DNA of 62,923 nt, the filler included, from Octopus bimaculoides (lineage: Eukaryota): the NCBI RefSeq assembly GCF_001194135.2. It is 7 parts of 7 records of this genome, joined end to end, with 100 filler letters (N's around TTAATTAATTAA, not from the genome) between each part and the next. Parts side by side here need not be neighbours in the genome. Positions count along the whole stretch, not along the records: positions 1 to 15,238 come from NC_069001.1; positions 15,339 to 22,117 come from NC_068999.1; positions 22,218 to 24,709 come from NC_068994.1; positions 24,810 to 41,535 come from NC_068984.1; 3 more parts are not named here. The stretch is one strand, 5' to 3'. A program made the position numbers and the translations under genes. Positions 12,761 to 25,632 of this stretch are shown piece by piece. The first letter of the stretch is position 1. Every line of letters begins with the position of its first letter. A model generated the notes under the pieces. The model saw only the letters and a list, made by a program, of their open reading frames with translations. It did not search any database and was not told the DNA's origin.

Positions 12761-13289
12761 ACTGAGTTCTTTTAAATAAGTAGAGACTGCAAAAGAAAAT
12801 TAAGCATAACATCAGAAAAATTACACAAATTCAGAATTAAATGTGTAAACATTACTTAGCAACTAAATGGCATTTACACATTTGAGAAATGTTATTTGCT
12901 ATAGAGATAATTCTTGTCATGAAATGCAATGGAAATAAGTAGAAAATTCAAATGGATGGTAACTTAAATATATTGTCATTTCTTAACTTTATGATCTTGA
13001 AGAAGACATACACAAAAAATTTTCCACATGTCCCAATTTTTAACACATTATTCTGTTGTAAATGGTTTCAAGGAAGTCAACAATATGTAGAGGTGATGGT
13101 TCAAAGTTTCTCCATTACATTTGTAACCAGAGTCACTCTCACTTAATATTTATTTTTAATGGAATCAAAACTTGAGGGAAGATTAATGAAAATAAGGAAT
13201 TGTTTTTGAAAATTGTTTACTTCTTATGGAGTTCTATCTATTTCTCTTTATCTCACATTATTAATATTGGTTTCAAATTTTTGCACATG

Positions 13290-13480
13290 GCCAGTAATAG
13301 AGGGAAGAGGCCGGTTGATTACATCGACCCTTGTGCTCAACTGGTACTTATTCTATCAGCCCCCAAAAGGATGAAAGGCAAAAATCAACCACAGCAGAAT
13401 TTGAACTCAGAAGTGAAGACAAATGAAAAGTGTATAACCATTTTACCCAGTGTGCTAATGATTCTGTCTGCTCACTGCCT
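13290..13480 (-). mobile_element. Meta-like SINE
   Basis: CTGGTACTTATT...GGATGAAAGGCAAAA...GAATTTGAACTCAG, the reverse complement of the family consensus. Confidence 0.78.
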
Positions 13481-13527
13481 TTTCCATTATTAATATTCAT
13501 AATTACTATTGAAAACCAAACACTGTC

Positions 13528-13757
13528 GAGGCATGTGGCTTAGTGGATAACGTATTGGACTCATGATCGCAAGATTCCTGGACCAGGTAATGCATTGTGT
13601 TCTTGATAAAAACACTTCATTTCTCATTGTCCTAGTCCATTCAGCTGACAAAAATGAGTAATCCTGTGATGGACCAGTGTCCCATCCAGGTGAGGGAATA
13701 TATATGCAATGAAACTGGGAAACCAGCCCTAATGAATCAGCATATCTCAAGAAGGTA
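13528..13757 (+). mobile_element. tRNA-derived SINE with V-domain-like core
   Basis: Head GGCATGTGGCTTAGTGG and core CCTGTGATGGACCAGTGTCCCATCCAGG, resembling the V-SINE GATGGACTGGCATCCCATCCAGG motif; paralogue at 52551. Confidence 0.7.
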
Positions 13758-14170
13758 GTTTAAATATTTACCTTTACAATGGATTATATAAGTTTTGGAA
13801 GAAATAATTTTGATATTTTTCTTTGCCTTTTTTTTAATCATAGTCTCATATATTTTGAGCTCAAATCAATCTGGAGTCTATTTTATCTTTCCTCTTTGAG
13901 TACATTATCACCAAGCATATCCTAGGGTCATTATAATCAACTGTTTTTTTTCCACAAAGGGCACCCAGTCATAGAAACCATGCCAAAGCAAACAGCAGAG
14001 ATTAGCACAGTCCTCTGGCTTGCCAGTTCCTAACGAACCATCCAATCCATGCCAGTATGAAAAATGGATGTTAAATGATGAAAATGATTTTAAAATAATA
14101 GGGTAAAGGACCTTGTCTACAATTCATCTCCGGTAAATTCATAGGTAATTATAGCTCTTATTAAACTGTA

Positions 14171-14390
14171 CAGTAATCCCTCGCCATATCCCGGTTTACC
14201 CATCATGGTTTATTATTTAAGCTTACATCGATTCCTCTGTGGTGTTGTTTTGCATTTATAATAAAATAAATATATACATATTATAAAATAATAAAAAAAT
14301 ATACAGTTCAGTATTGTTTCTGCTTCATGGATTTTTACTTATCACGGGGCATTTTGGAGCGTAACACCCGCGATAGTCAAGGGATTACTG
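14171..14390. mobile_element. pogo/Tigger-type MITE, 220 bp
   Basis: TIRs CAGTAATCCCT / AGGGATTACTG with TA on both flanks (14169-14170, 14391-14392). Confidence 0.93.
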
Positions 14391-14599
14391 TACATAAAAA
14401 TAGCCATAGGCAAGAGTGTATCAAGGTATTGTTTATTCTGTGTCAATCATCAACAGCATGAGAGAGAATATGGTTGGCCATTTAAGCTCAGGTCTCATTT
14501 GCTGCCTAACCAAAAGTCCTTTCTCTGCAGACTGGCTCAATAACTAGTTTACAGTGAAGGTCCTTGTCTACAGTTCATCTCTTATGAGTTCATGGGCCA

Positions 14600-14685
14600 T
14601 GTCCTCCAAAGATGTCATTTAAGGGAAATTTGGCTGCTATTTCTAGCGAATGGAATGACCACACAGGTGTTCCCCTCAAGATCAC
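14600..14685 (-). mobile_element. Single copy of the structured hairpin head module
   Basis: Minus strand TTGAGGGGAA...CGCTAGAAATAGCAGCCAAATTTCCCTTAA; outer stem preserved. Confidence 0.7.
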
Positions 14686-15238
14686 TTTACTCAAATATAT
14701 TTATGTCCCCTCAATTAAGTGTTCTTGTGCCAACCTGAAGAATCATTATCATCATTAATTCCCACTTATATTAGTCAATAATTTTAAAATTCATAACTGT
14801 TATGTCTGAGTATTTTAGTCAAAAGTCTTTTGCCAACTACATAGTGTTTACTTAGATCAGGTCCTTGGCAGTTAGTCGTCATCAACTAATATGTCCTCTG
14901 GCAGCTTGTTGCTTTCACTGCCATAAAATATCAGAATCGTAAAAGATTAAGATTACTGTCTTCGTCTCCAGCATCTCTTGATAACGAAAAATAATAAGTT
15001 CCATCCACGTCTACAGGAATGGTATGTCAGCAGGTTTTAATGATAGTCAAATTTGAAATGATTTAAGGGGCTTTCTTTGCTAAGATGATGAAAAAGATGA
15101 TTGTAAGAATGTAGTTGCAGTGATGATGATGATGGTGGTGGTAGTGGTGGTGGTGGTGGCAGCGGCGGCAGCGGTGGTGGTGGCAGCGGTGGCGGTGGTG
15201 GTGGTGGCTGTGATGGTGGTGGTGGTGGTGGTGGTGGT

Positions 15239-15338
15239 NNNNNNNNNNNNNNNNNNNNNNNNNNNNNNNNNNNNNNNNNNNNTTAATTAATTAANNNNNN
15301 NNNNNNNNNNNNNNNNNNNNNNNNNNNNNNNNNNNNNN
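15239..15338. other. Artificial 100-bp scaffold spacer (44 N + TTAATTAATTAA + 44 N)
   Basis: Identical construct at 22118, 24710, 41536, 44099 and 60661. The 12-mer has stop codons in all six frames. Confidence 0.95.
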
Positions 15339-15426
15339 TTTTTTTTCCTTCCTTCCCCCTCCCAAAAAGAAAAGCTCTACATTGTATTTGTCCCATCTTC
15401 GTTGAGCCCTGTGTGGCTAATAAAAG

Positions 15427-15437
15427 AAATGTATCTA

Positions 15438-15468
<31 letters not shown>

Positions 15469-15890
15469 CTATGTATATTTATCTGTCTACCTATCTATCT
15501 ATCTATCTATCTACTTATCTATCTATCTATCTATGTATCTATCTATATTTATCTATCTATCTATCTATCTATCTACTTATATATCTATCTGTCTGTCTGT
15601 CTGTCTACTGATCTTTTTATCTATCTATATATATATATATATATATGTATATATTTATGTATATTTATCTGTCTATCTACCTATCTATCTATCTACTTAT
15701 CTATCTATCTATGTATCTATCTATATTTATCTATCTATCTATCTATCTATCTACTTATCTATCTATCTATGTATCTATCTATATTTATCTATCTATCTAT
15801 CTATCTACTTATATATCTATCTGTCTGTCTGTCTGTCTACTGATCTTTTTATTTATCTATCTATGTCTATCTACTTATCTTTCTATCTAT
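15427..15890. repeat. Compound (TATC)n/(TGTC)n microsatellite with higher-order internal duplication
   Basis: The block TATC...TACTTA...TATGTATC...TGTCTGTCTACTGATCTTTT occurs twice. Confidence 0.95.
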
Positions 15891-16589
15891 CTCTTGGTCC
15901 TTTATTTTCTCTCTCCCCTGCTATCCCTTATCTTTGTGTTATCAACAAAGGAACACGTGCCTAACCCTTACTAATATACAGCTAAAGCAACCCTACTTTG
16001 TTCTGTTTGTTTCCCCGCCACCACCACCAATTAGAATCTATTAATTAATTTGTTACTTCTTACAAATTGTTTTTAGTCAAATTATTCCCATAAGTCAATG
16101 TTGCACTTGTTTGTGCTTTTTCTTTACTTAATTTCTATGTATCTCAAGAAAACCAGGTGTTCTAATTGATTAATTCTTAATTGTGTTTTTAGTTAAATTG
16201 TTCCTCCAAGACAAAGAAGATCTTGTTTTTAAGTAAATTCCTATGGAACCTGGAAAAACCATGTGTCTTCCTAATTAATTACCTCTAAAGAATTGATTTT
16301 AATTAAATTATTCACAAAAATTTCTAAGATACCCCAAAAAGTTGTATCATCCTCACAGGTACAAACTACCATCACATTCCATAGAGTCTACTTCGATGCA
16401 TTCCTCTTACAACTAGTGCTATGGTGTCAGCCCCATTCTGAGACTGCCCCTCAAGATCCCTACTTCTGTAACAACCACCATCCCTTTTTCTCTCTGATCT
16501 CTACATCTATTGAAGCTTTAACTTCATATCCCTCTGTGTGTGTGTGTGTGTTNNNNNNNNNNNNNNNNNNNNNNNNNNNNNNNNNNGTG

Positions 16590-16624
<35 letters not shown>

Positions 16625-17988
16625 GTTTGTGTGCATATGTATGTGTGTGCAAACTTAAAGGATTACATACCTCTTGGATACCTTAAGTATTATATTTATT
16701 GCTAGAGACTTCGGTTTTTACAGAGATGACGGACTAGCTGTGTGTAAAAATGCTAAAGGTTATACACAAGATACATGAAGGAAAATTCACCATCTATACT
16801 TTCAGGACATTCAGCTTATAATCACCATAAGAATTAGTAAATTGGTCTTTCCATTCCAAAATGTGAGATTTTCTCAGTTAGAGAATCTGTTTTCTTACAG
16901 GGCTGCCATATCAACACAGTTTCTTTCAAGCTCCATTTCTACAAATGTAGCACATCTTTGAGATTTATCTGCCATATATATCATGGCTTGTTACTGTTTA
17001 AATATTCCATTGAGCTATCGTGAAAATTCGTTTTTATTTCTGGCTGATTTTTCACCTCCGACTATTCTTTCATATAAACTATCAAGAAGAGGAAGAGGAG
17101 CAGGAGGAGGGGTCGTATGTATGTGTGTGTGCAGAGAGAGAGAGAGAGATGTAGAGGAAAGGAAAATAGAGAGCATCAAAAACAAAAAGGATAAGCACAA
17201 AGAAATATAAGAAGGGAGATGGAGAGACAGAGAGAGAGAGAGAGAGACACTGTTCTTTGTTTCAATTCATTTAGAAAATGATGAAGAACTAATTAAAGTA
17301 ACAGATTTTGGAACGCAAATTAACATGAAATTTTGCGAGAAGATTTTAATCCAGATCACTGTAAATCCAGAAGTTTGTAACAAAGAACATTGGTGGTGTG
17401 TGGCTTTGGTGGATTGGTGTCAATATGGTTGAAAGACATAATTGCATGAAATTATAGGAACTTAGATAAACTGTAAGTAGAATAGGTGGGATAGTCACAA
17501 CTGGAACAGCTTTGATCCGAGGCCTATTGAAACAACTTTGAAATGGGCGTAAATAATAACAAAAAACAATAGCATTCTAGAACGTTGTAGAATATAGTAT
17601 TGAAAAATATGTACGTTTCCTCTGTGCTTGTGTAGACTGGTGTAAACTAGTACATCGAGTGACAATCCTTTTTGACAAAATGGGAAGGAAAAAACAAAAT
17701 CAATCAATAAGAGATCAATATAAAATAAGTGGCAGACCGAAATAAGTATTGGGACCAATATATGATCAACACAAAACCCTTGAAGATGTAGACGAACCAG
17801 TAAAAGAGCAGCACCATACTATAAAAGAAACATGCGTGTCTGCATATTAAATTATTGACGAATCAAACAAGTTATAGAAAAAGACCAAAATATTGATTTT
17901 CATTATCAGGAACAATTGTTGATTTCTAGATATTTCCCAGTTTCTTGTCTAAGAATTTGAAAACTGGGTCACATTTTTCTCTCCAGTT

Positions 17989-18350
17989 TTACTCTTTTAT
18001 TTGTTTCAGTCATTTGACAGCGGCCATGCTGGAGCACTGCCTTTAGTCGAACAAATCGACCCCAGGACTTATTCTTTGTAAGCCTAGTACTTATTTTATT
18101 GGGCTCATCTGCCGAACCGCTGAGTTACGGGGACGCAAACACAACATTGGTTGTCAAGCGATGAAGTGGGGACAAACACACAAACATCATCATCATCGTT
18201 TAACGTCCATTTTCCATGCTGGCATGGGTTGGACGGTTCGACCGGGGTCTGAGAAGCCAGGAGGCTGCACCAGGCTCCAGCCTGACCTGGCAGTGTTTCT
18301 ACAGCTGGATGCCCTTCCTAACGCCAACCACTCTGAGAGTATAGTGGGTG
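17989..18350 (-). mobile_element. S1 SINE 3' half abutting an RTE 3' tail
   Basis: TTGTTTCAGTCATTTGACAGCGGCCATGCTGGAGCAC... followed by CATCATCATCGTTTAACGTCC...GGATGCCCTTCCTAACGCCAACC. Confidence 0.82.
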
Positions 18351-18579
18351 CTTTTTATGAATTGGTTGTGGCAGATTTTCTACAGTCGGAAGCCCGTGAA
18401 AAGACAGCGAGATCATTGCCACCAGCCCTCACCTGTTTCCAAGGAAGGTAATATTTTCCCCCTAGTCAGAAGTGTTTTTTCCATGGAAGACCAGAAACAA
18501 ACACACCACTCGTATAACAATGATGCTTGTTTACAACCATTACATGATGTCAAGACAAAGATGTTACACGCATAGATGT

Positions 18580-18590
18580 TATAGATGTTA

Positions 18591-18621
<31 letters not shown>

Positions 18622-18855
18622 GCAATGACGATGATGATAACGGTGATGATGACGGGGATAATGGTGATGATGATGGTGACGATGATGATGATGATGGTGG
18701 TGGTGGTGGTGGTGGTCATGGTGGTGGTAGGTTAGGGTGGTTTGATGACAATGACATAATGGTAATAATGATGATGATGACAATGATGATGATGATGATA
18801 ACGATGATGATGACGATGATGATGACGATGATGATGATAACGATGATGGTGAGGA
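18580..18855. repeat. Degenerate (GAT/GAC/GGT)n array
   Basis: Low-complexity trinucleotide tract. Similar tracts at 20644-20900, 21516-22117, 23170-23285, 23460-23660, 24420-24520 and 47150-47240. Confidence 0.95.
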
Positions 18856-20279
18856 ACGATGAAAGGCAAAAGTCGACCACGGTACGATTCGAACTCTGAA
18901 CAGCAGAATGGGAAAGAAAAAAGAAAAGACTGTAATTTGACGTAAATGTTAGGATGACACCTAACAGCAAATGCCTGCGAATGATGTACTTGTAATTTGT
19001 ATCAGTTGTAAAGAAGAATAACGAACAAGGTGTGTGGCACAGGAAGAGGAATGTATAAAACAAAAAAACAAAAAAAAAGGATTTATTTTATTACCTTAAC
19101 TGTAATATAAAAACAAAATTAAAAGAAGAAAACAATAACGAGAAAACATAATAACATTATAATATATACTTCATAAATAATTACTCAGTTATTTTTTTTT
19201 TTTTTAAACTAATTTCCTCAGAGAGGTGTTTATATCAAATATCTGATATTCGATATTTCTCTCCTATTTTGTTGAAGGTATTTTTATTTTTATACATATA
19301 TATATAATTTCTTTTTCTAGTTTTTCCTTTTTTTTTTTGTCAATGTATTTGTTTATTTATTCATTTATTTATTCTTTTATCAAGCTATGTGATAATGACT
19401 TTCATCAAATAACCGTAATGTAATAATACATCGTAGCTTTCGACTCTCATAAATGATATTTATGTTCTTTTCATTTTCCTAGTTAGCGTTTTGCAAGTGC
19501 AAAAATTCGGTATCCTCTTACACCACATAACCATTACGAGTAACCCACTAATAGCTCCGCTTCAAACAGACAAACAACAACATTGAAATTTATCAGCATT
19601 GTCTATTCTGCTCTTAAACAAGACACATCACTCGACTTGCATCAGTTTAGTTAACTTGATTGAGATTTAAGGAAAAAAAAAAACAACGAACAAAACAAAA
19701 AGACATCGGAGTTATTTTGCGTTATATTATAAAAGTGACAAACGGCCAAGTGAATACAATATTAGCCAATCGAAAGATCTCTAAGTTCAATTTCATTGCA
19801 GGCATTTCCTTGTGGGTCCAGGCAGTACACTTAATTTTATGCTAGATTATGGGAACAGATTATCGAGGAATAATATCAATGACACAAATGGCATTTTATA
19901 TTCGCAACACGAATGGCACCTTACACCTGTGACATGAATGGCACCTTATCTAATGGAAATTTGCGTCACACAGCAGGACTGAACCTACAAACATGTGGTT
20001 GAGAGACAAACTTCTCAGCCACACATCCACATCTGTGCCTACATATAGGTTTCTATTGCAATCACAGTCTAAACGGTATTTTGTATATTTAATTTCTATG
20101 TAGGCATGCTCAGATCAAACACTTATGCTCATATGTATGATCAGAGACATTCCAGGTATGACCACATGGTGTATTTATACTATATTACCCAAAATGGCTG
20201 GGCACTCCATCAGTTCTGATGCTAAGTGTTCCGGTTAATCTGATCAATGGAACAGCCTGCTCATAAAATTAACACGCAA

Positions 20280-20640
20280 ACCTGGCAAGCCAAGTGAGAC
20301 CATAACCCGTGGCCTATGACTGGTGTATAACCAACCCACTTATGAGTATCCTTCATTCATTGGACAATAAACTTTGCTAGCGAAGACCTGCTGAGGCAAG
20401 TGAAATCAAAATCAAAATCATGACATGGCCGATGACAGTACCACCTGATTGGCACCCGTGCCAGTGGAACATTGAAAGCACCATCCGAGCGTCATCGTTG
20501 CCAGGGCCACTGACTGGCTCCCATGCCAGTGGCATGTAAAAAGCACTATTTGAGCATGATCATTGCCAGCGTCGCCTTACTGGAACCTGTGCCAGTGGCA
20601 CATGAAAATATCACAAAGACAAAGAACATGGCCGTACAGT
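20280..20640 (+). mobile_element. RTE 3' UTR with internal ~60-70-bp GTGCCAGTGGCACGTAAAAAGCAC-type repeats
   Basis: CCTGGCAAGCCAAGTGAGACCATAACC followed by three GCCAGTGG motif repeats; homologous to 45310-45480 and ~100-170. Confidence 0.6.
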
Positions 20641-21551
20641 GAAGAAGCAGATGATGATGATGATGATGACGGTGACAATGACGACGACAATGATGATGAT
20701 GATGATGATGACAATGATGGTGACAATGATGATGATGATGATTAAGATAATAATGACAATAATGATGAAGAGGATAATGATGACAATGATAATGAGAATG
20801 ATGACAAAAAGATGTGGATGACGATGAAAGTGATGACGATGACAATGACGACGACAATGATGATGATGATGATGATGACAAGGATAATAACAACAATGTC
20901 AAAGAAAACGTTTTCTTCCATCCAACAAACAAACAACCTGCACTGTCATCGTCCTTTCCATAAAACCATTCTCCAAATACCTACTTGTGTATCTCAAAAT
21001 TAAACAGAAGCACTTCCTCACAAATGGATAACAATGCTTCCTCAAAAAGAGACAAAATAAAATGAAATGAAATAAAAATAAAAATAAAATAAAAACAGAG
21101 GGCCCCTTGAGAGTCGTACAAATAGTCGTGTTCATTATCATTTTCATTTCTTCTTGCTTCATGATAGTAAGAATTTCTCCAGCAACAGTTGCCAACAGCA
21201 ACCAGCAGATAGCGAGATATAACAATATCCTGTAGTGTTTATTTAAAGCTTTTTGTAAATATTACTAACTAATAATTTCAACAAACACATCAACATGAAG
21301 AAATTTCCTTCCATCACCTAAGAACAACATAAACACACACACAGATATATGCATATATATACATACATACATATATGAATATATATGTGTGTATGTACAT
21401 ATGTGTGTATATATANNNNNNNNNNNNNNNNNNNNNNNNNNNNNNNNNNNNNNNNNNNNNNNNNNNNNNNNNNNNNNNNNNNNNNNNNNNNNNNNNNNNN
21501 NNNNNNNNNNNNNNNGGTGGTGGTGGTAAGGTGATGATAATGCTAGTGGTA

Positions 21552-21583
<32 letters not shown>

Positions 21584-22404
21584 GGTAAGGTGACGATAAT
21601 GCTAATGGTAATGAAGATGAAAATAATGATGATGATAATGATGATGACGACAACGATGACAATGATGACAGCGGCAGGGACAGAGATGATAAATGATGAC
21701 AGTGATTGATGATGACAATGACTGTGACGATGTTGATGAAGGACACTGACAGCAATAACCCTGACGATGAAGACGATGTAGATGATGACGATGGTGGTGG
21801 TGGTGGTGGTGGTGGTGGTGGTGGCAGTGATGTTGGTGATTATGATAATGATGATGATGATGATGGAGTGGTGGCGGTAATGTTGGTGGTGATGACAACG
21901 GCAAATTCAATGACGGTGCTGCTGATCACAGAGGCAACGGTGATGATACTGATGCTGCTGATGACGATGACAACGATTCTTCTGCTGCTGCTGATGCTGC
22001 TACCGACAAGGATGGCGACAACAATGATGGTGATGATGATGATGATGATGACGACGACGATGATAACGATGTTGCCGATGAAGAAGACAGTGATGATGAT
22101 GATGGTGATAATGATGANNNNNNNNNNNNNNNNNNNNNNNNNNNNNNNNNNNNNNNNNNNNTTAATTAATTAANNNNNNNNNNNNNNNNNNNNNNNNNNN
22201 NNNNNNNNNNNNNNNNNTATGTTATCCCTCAAATGAAACTTTGCTGTCTTCAAACAAAGAAAGACACATTGGATTAAGGTTTGGTGGAAGATTTTAATTC
22301 AAAACTTATGAAAACAAGACATTTGGAGCCAGAGCCAGTTTCAGCCGACTGAAACAAGTAAAAGAATAAAAGAATACCATATAGTTATATGAAAAGTAAC
22401 ATAT

Positions 22405-22690
22405 AGAATTTGGGTTCAATCTCACCTCGTGGCACCTTGGGCAAGTGACTTCTACTATAGCCTCGGGCAGACCAGAGCCTTGTGAGTGGACTTGCTAGAT
22501 GGAAACTGAAAGAAGCCCATCATATATAGGCGTAGGAGTGGCTGTGTGGTAAAGTGCCAGTTGAGGACCAGGGTCGATTAAATTGACCAGCTCCCTGCCC
22601 CGACAAAATTTCAGACAATTGGGTCAGTGTCTTCTACTATAGCCCTGAGCAGACCAAAGCCTTGTGAGCAGATTCGATAGACGGAAACAT
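22405..22690 (+). mobile_element. Two tandem S1 SINE heads; the second carries a foreign 70-bp insert
   Basis: GGCACCTTGGGCAAGTGACTTCTACTATAGCC...GGAAACTGAAAGAAGCCC, then GGCGTAGGAGTGGCTGTGTGGT with an insert at 22549-22619. Confidence 0.78.
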
Positions 22691-23196
22691 AGGATGAACC
22701 ATGTAAAATACTAGAGAAAGAAGCCTGGCTGTTTCTTACAATATATACCAATAAATACATCGAAAGCAAAATCTTTTCAGGGGACCCAAAAATCTTATAT
22801 GGTCCCTCAGAAGCCCTATGGACCCCAGTTCAGAAACCCTGGTCTAAATTGTGTTAATGTTTCTTTTATTCGGGCATGGTAGACATTAAGTTTTAGTTAC
22901 AAAATCTCAACTGACAAAAAAAAAGGAAAAAAAAGAAAGGTTTTTATTCACTTGGAAAGATGTTCACAAGTTTTGTTTTTTTATATAACCGAACCATAAA
23001 CTAACGATTGCTAAAAGATTTTTCATTTTAATAATTTTTTGGGGATTAATTAAGGATTAAACAGGGAGTATATTTAGCTTCCATTCATGTCTTTCTTTAT
23101 TTGACTTACTGTTTTGCAGGGGTTTTTTCTGTGTCTCCCTTTTTAATTCTATTCCTGGACATTGTATGCAACATGCTCATCATCGTCATCATCATT

Positions 23197-23242
<46 letters not shown>

Positions 23243-23774
23243 ACATCGTCATCGTCGTCATCGTCGTCATCATTGTCATTGCTAATATATAGTATATCAT
23301 TATCGAGCTGGTGGAGTTAGGATGCTGGACAAAATGTTTAGGGGCCTTTCCTTCTGGCTTTGCTATTCATTCTTTCTGGGGTTGATGAGTAAAGTGTCAG
23401 TTGAGAGGACCAGGGTCGATTAAAGTGACCAGCTCCCTGCCCCGACAAAATTTCAGACAATGATGATGATGATGATGATATTGATGACAACGATGATGAT
23501 GATGTTGATGACAATGATGATGTTGATGACGACGACGATGATGATGATGTTGATGACAACGACGATGATGACGTTGAGGGGGAGGTTGAGGAGGAGGAGG
23601 AAGGGTATGATGTAGAAAACGGTGAATGGTGATGATAACGATGATGGTGATGATGATGATGGCTATGATCTCTTTTCTTTCCACTCGTACTTCCACGTTG
23701 CACAATTTGCTTCTGCTTGACTGACAGACGTCATTCAAACAGCAACAACAACATCAAAATCATCACCATCGTCA

Positions 23775-24005
23775 TGAGCCAACGAGGAACCCCTCTATGT
23801 AAATCACTTGACCTGCAAAAAATAACAGCTTAATCACCCACAAATCACACTTGACTGTCTTAAAGAAGGACAGATTGAATAAGCTGATCTGGGTTATGTA
23901 CTTCCTGATTAAAATACCAGGTGGTCGTGGTTGGATTGTCTTTTGATCAGAAGTCAGTTTGATCCCCAACAACCTAGGGTTAAAAAAGGCAAAAACGAAA
24001 AGAAC
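23775..24005 (+). mobile_element. Full copy (one head plus body) of the hairpin-head SINE-like element
   Basis: ATGAGCCAACGAGG...GACCTGCAAAAAATAACAGC...CACAAATCACAC...CTGTCTTAAAG...CCTAGGGTTAAAAAAGG; homologous to 60440-60660. Confidence 0.65.
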
Positions 24006-24675
24006 AATCACAAGGTGTACCATTACCACTACAACATCAACTGGACCCAACATGGCTACAACACCATCACTACCACCACCACCACCTCCAGTACTACAAC
24101 ATTGCACTTACAACTACAACAGCACCACTACCACAATTACCATTACTACAACACTAGCACTACCACTGCAACAGCAACTTTACCACCACCACCACCACCA
24201 ATACAATACTACTCCCACTGCTACATCAATACCACCACCCCAACAGCAACACAACCACCACTGCAACAATACTGCTACAATACTATCCCCCCACGAGGCC
24301 ACTGCTACCACTACAACAACACCACCACCACTACAGCTACAACGATGACTGTCTCTCCTACTAAAGACAATATTAGTTTAAAGTGTTCTTAACCTAAAAT
24401 GTCTGTGGTTAATTAGTTTTAGTGGTAAGATTGTCATCATCATCATCATCAACAATGTTGTCATCATCATCATTACCGTTTTCATCATCATCATTTTCAT
24501 CATCATCATCATAATTTCTGGCGTCTACATCATTCTGACAGTAAATTTCTATATCTTTGTGCAGCTGAGCATTGCTCTGCATTTTACATTTCATGTAATG
24601 TTCACATTGCTTAAATAAATGGAGTCACATGAAACGATAGTACTGCATTAACTTTGGATATCCTTGTTGCTTATT

Positions 24676-24709
<34 letters not shown>

Positions 24710-25019
24710 NNNNNNNNNNNNNNNNNNNNNNNNNNNNNNNNNNNNNNNNNNNNTTAATTAATTAANNNNNNNNNNNNNNNNNNNNNNNNNNNNNNNNNNN
24801 NNNNNNNNNATACATATATGTATACATACATGTATAATACATACATATATACATATATATATATGTATATATATGTATATGTGTGTGTGTGTGTGTGTGT
24901 GAGTATGCATATATATTATTATTATATGTATATATGTTTATGATAAACGATGGATAATGAATTAATAAAGGCGAAAATAATGATATCGATGATATTCTCA
25001 TTCAGTCATACGTTAACTA

Positions 25020-25335
<316 letters not shown>

Positions 25336-25593
25336 GTTGATAATGGAAGAGCAATTTCGATTATTGTATCTATGATATAATTTTTGATCAAATGCCAACT
25401 TTGTAAGCTTGACTGAAAATGTTTTCCTCGTGCAAAATTTTTTTGTTGTCTTTTCTTTCTTTTATTTATCTTTTTTTTTTTGTAATTTCTATATTTTTCG
25501 TCAAGTAGATAAAAAGAATATATATATATATATATACATACATACTTACCTACATACTTACATACACACACATATACATACATACACACATAC

Positions 25594-25632
<39 letters not shown>

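Noticed and set aside
14636-14647. GCTAGAAATAGC, identical to the engineered sgRNA repeat:anti-repeat tetraloop
   Set aside because: Only a 12-nt hairpin coincidence inside a native repeat module; no other tracrRNA scaffold sequence.
17460-17474. 15-nt microexon continuing the 14972 exon (TTATAG|GAACTTAGATAAACT|GTAAGT)
   Set aside because: Phase-compatible, but it has no pyrimidine tract and such matches are expected by chance.
18550-18899. Poly-Asp, poly-His and poly-Met ORFs as biomineralisation, reflectin-like or His-rich proteins (also 20.5-24.6 kb)
   Set aside because: Translations of degenerate GAT/GGT microsatellites, open in several frames on both strands, with no conserved motif or splice context.
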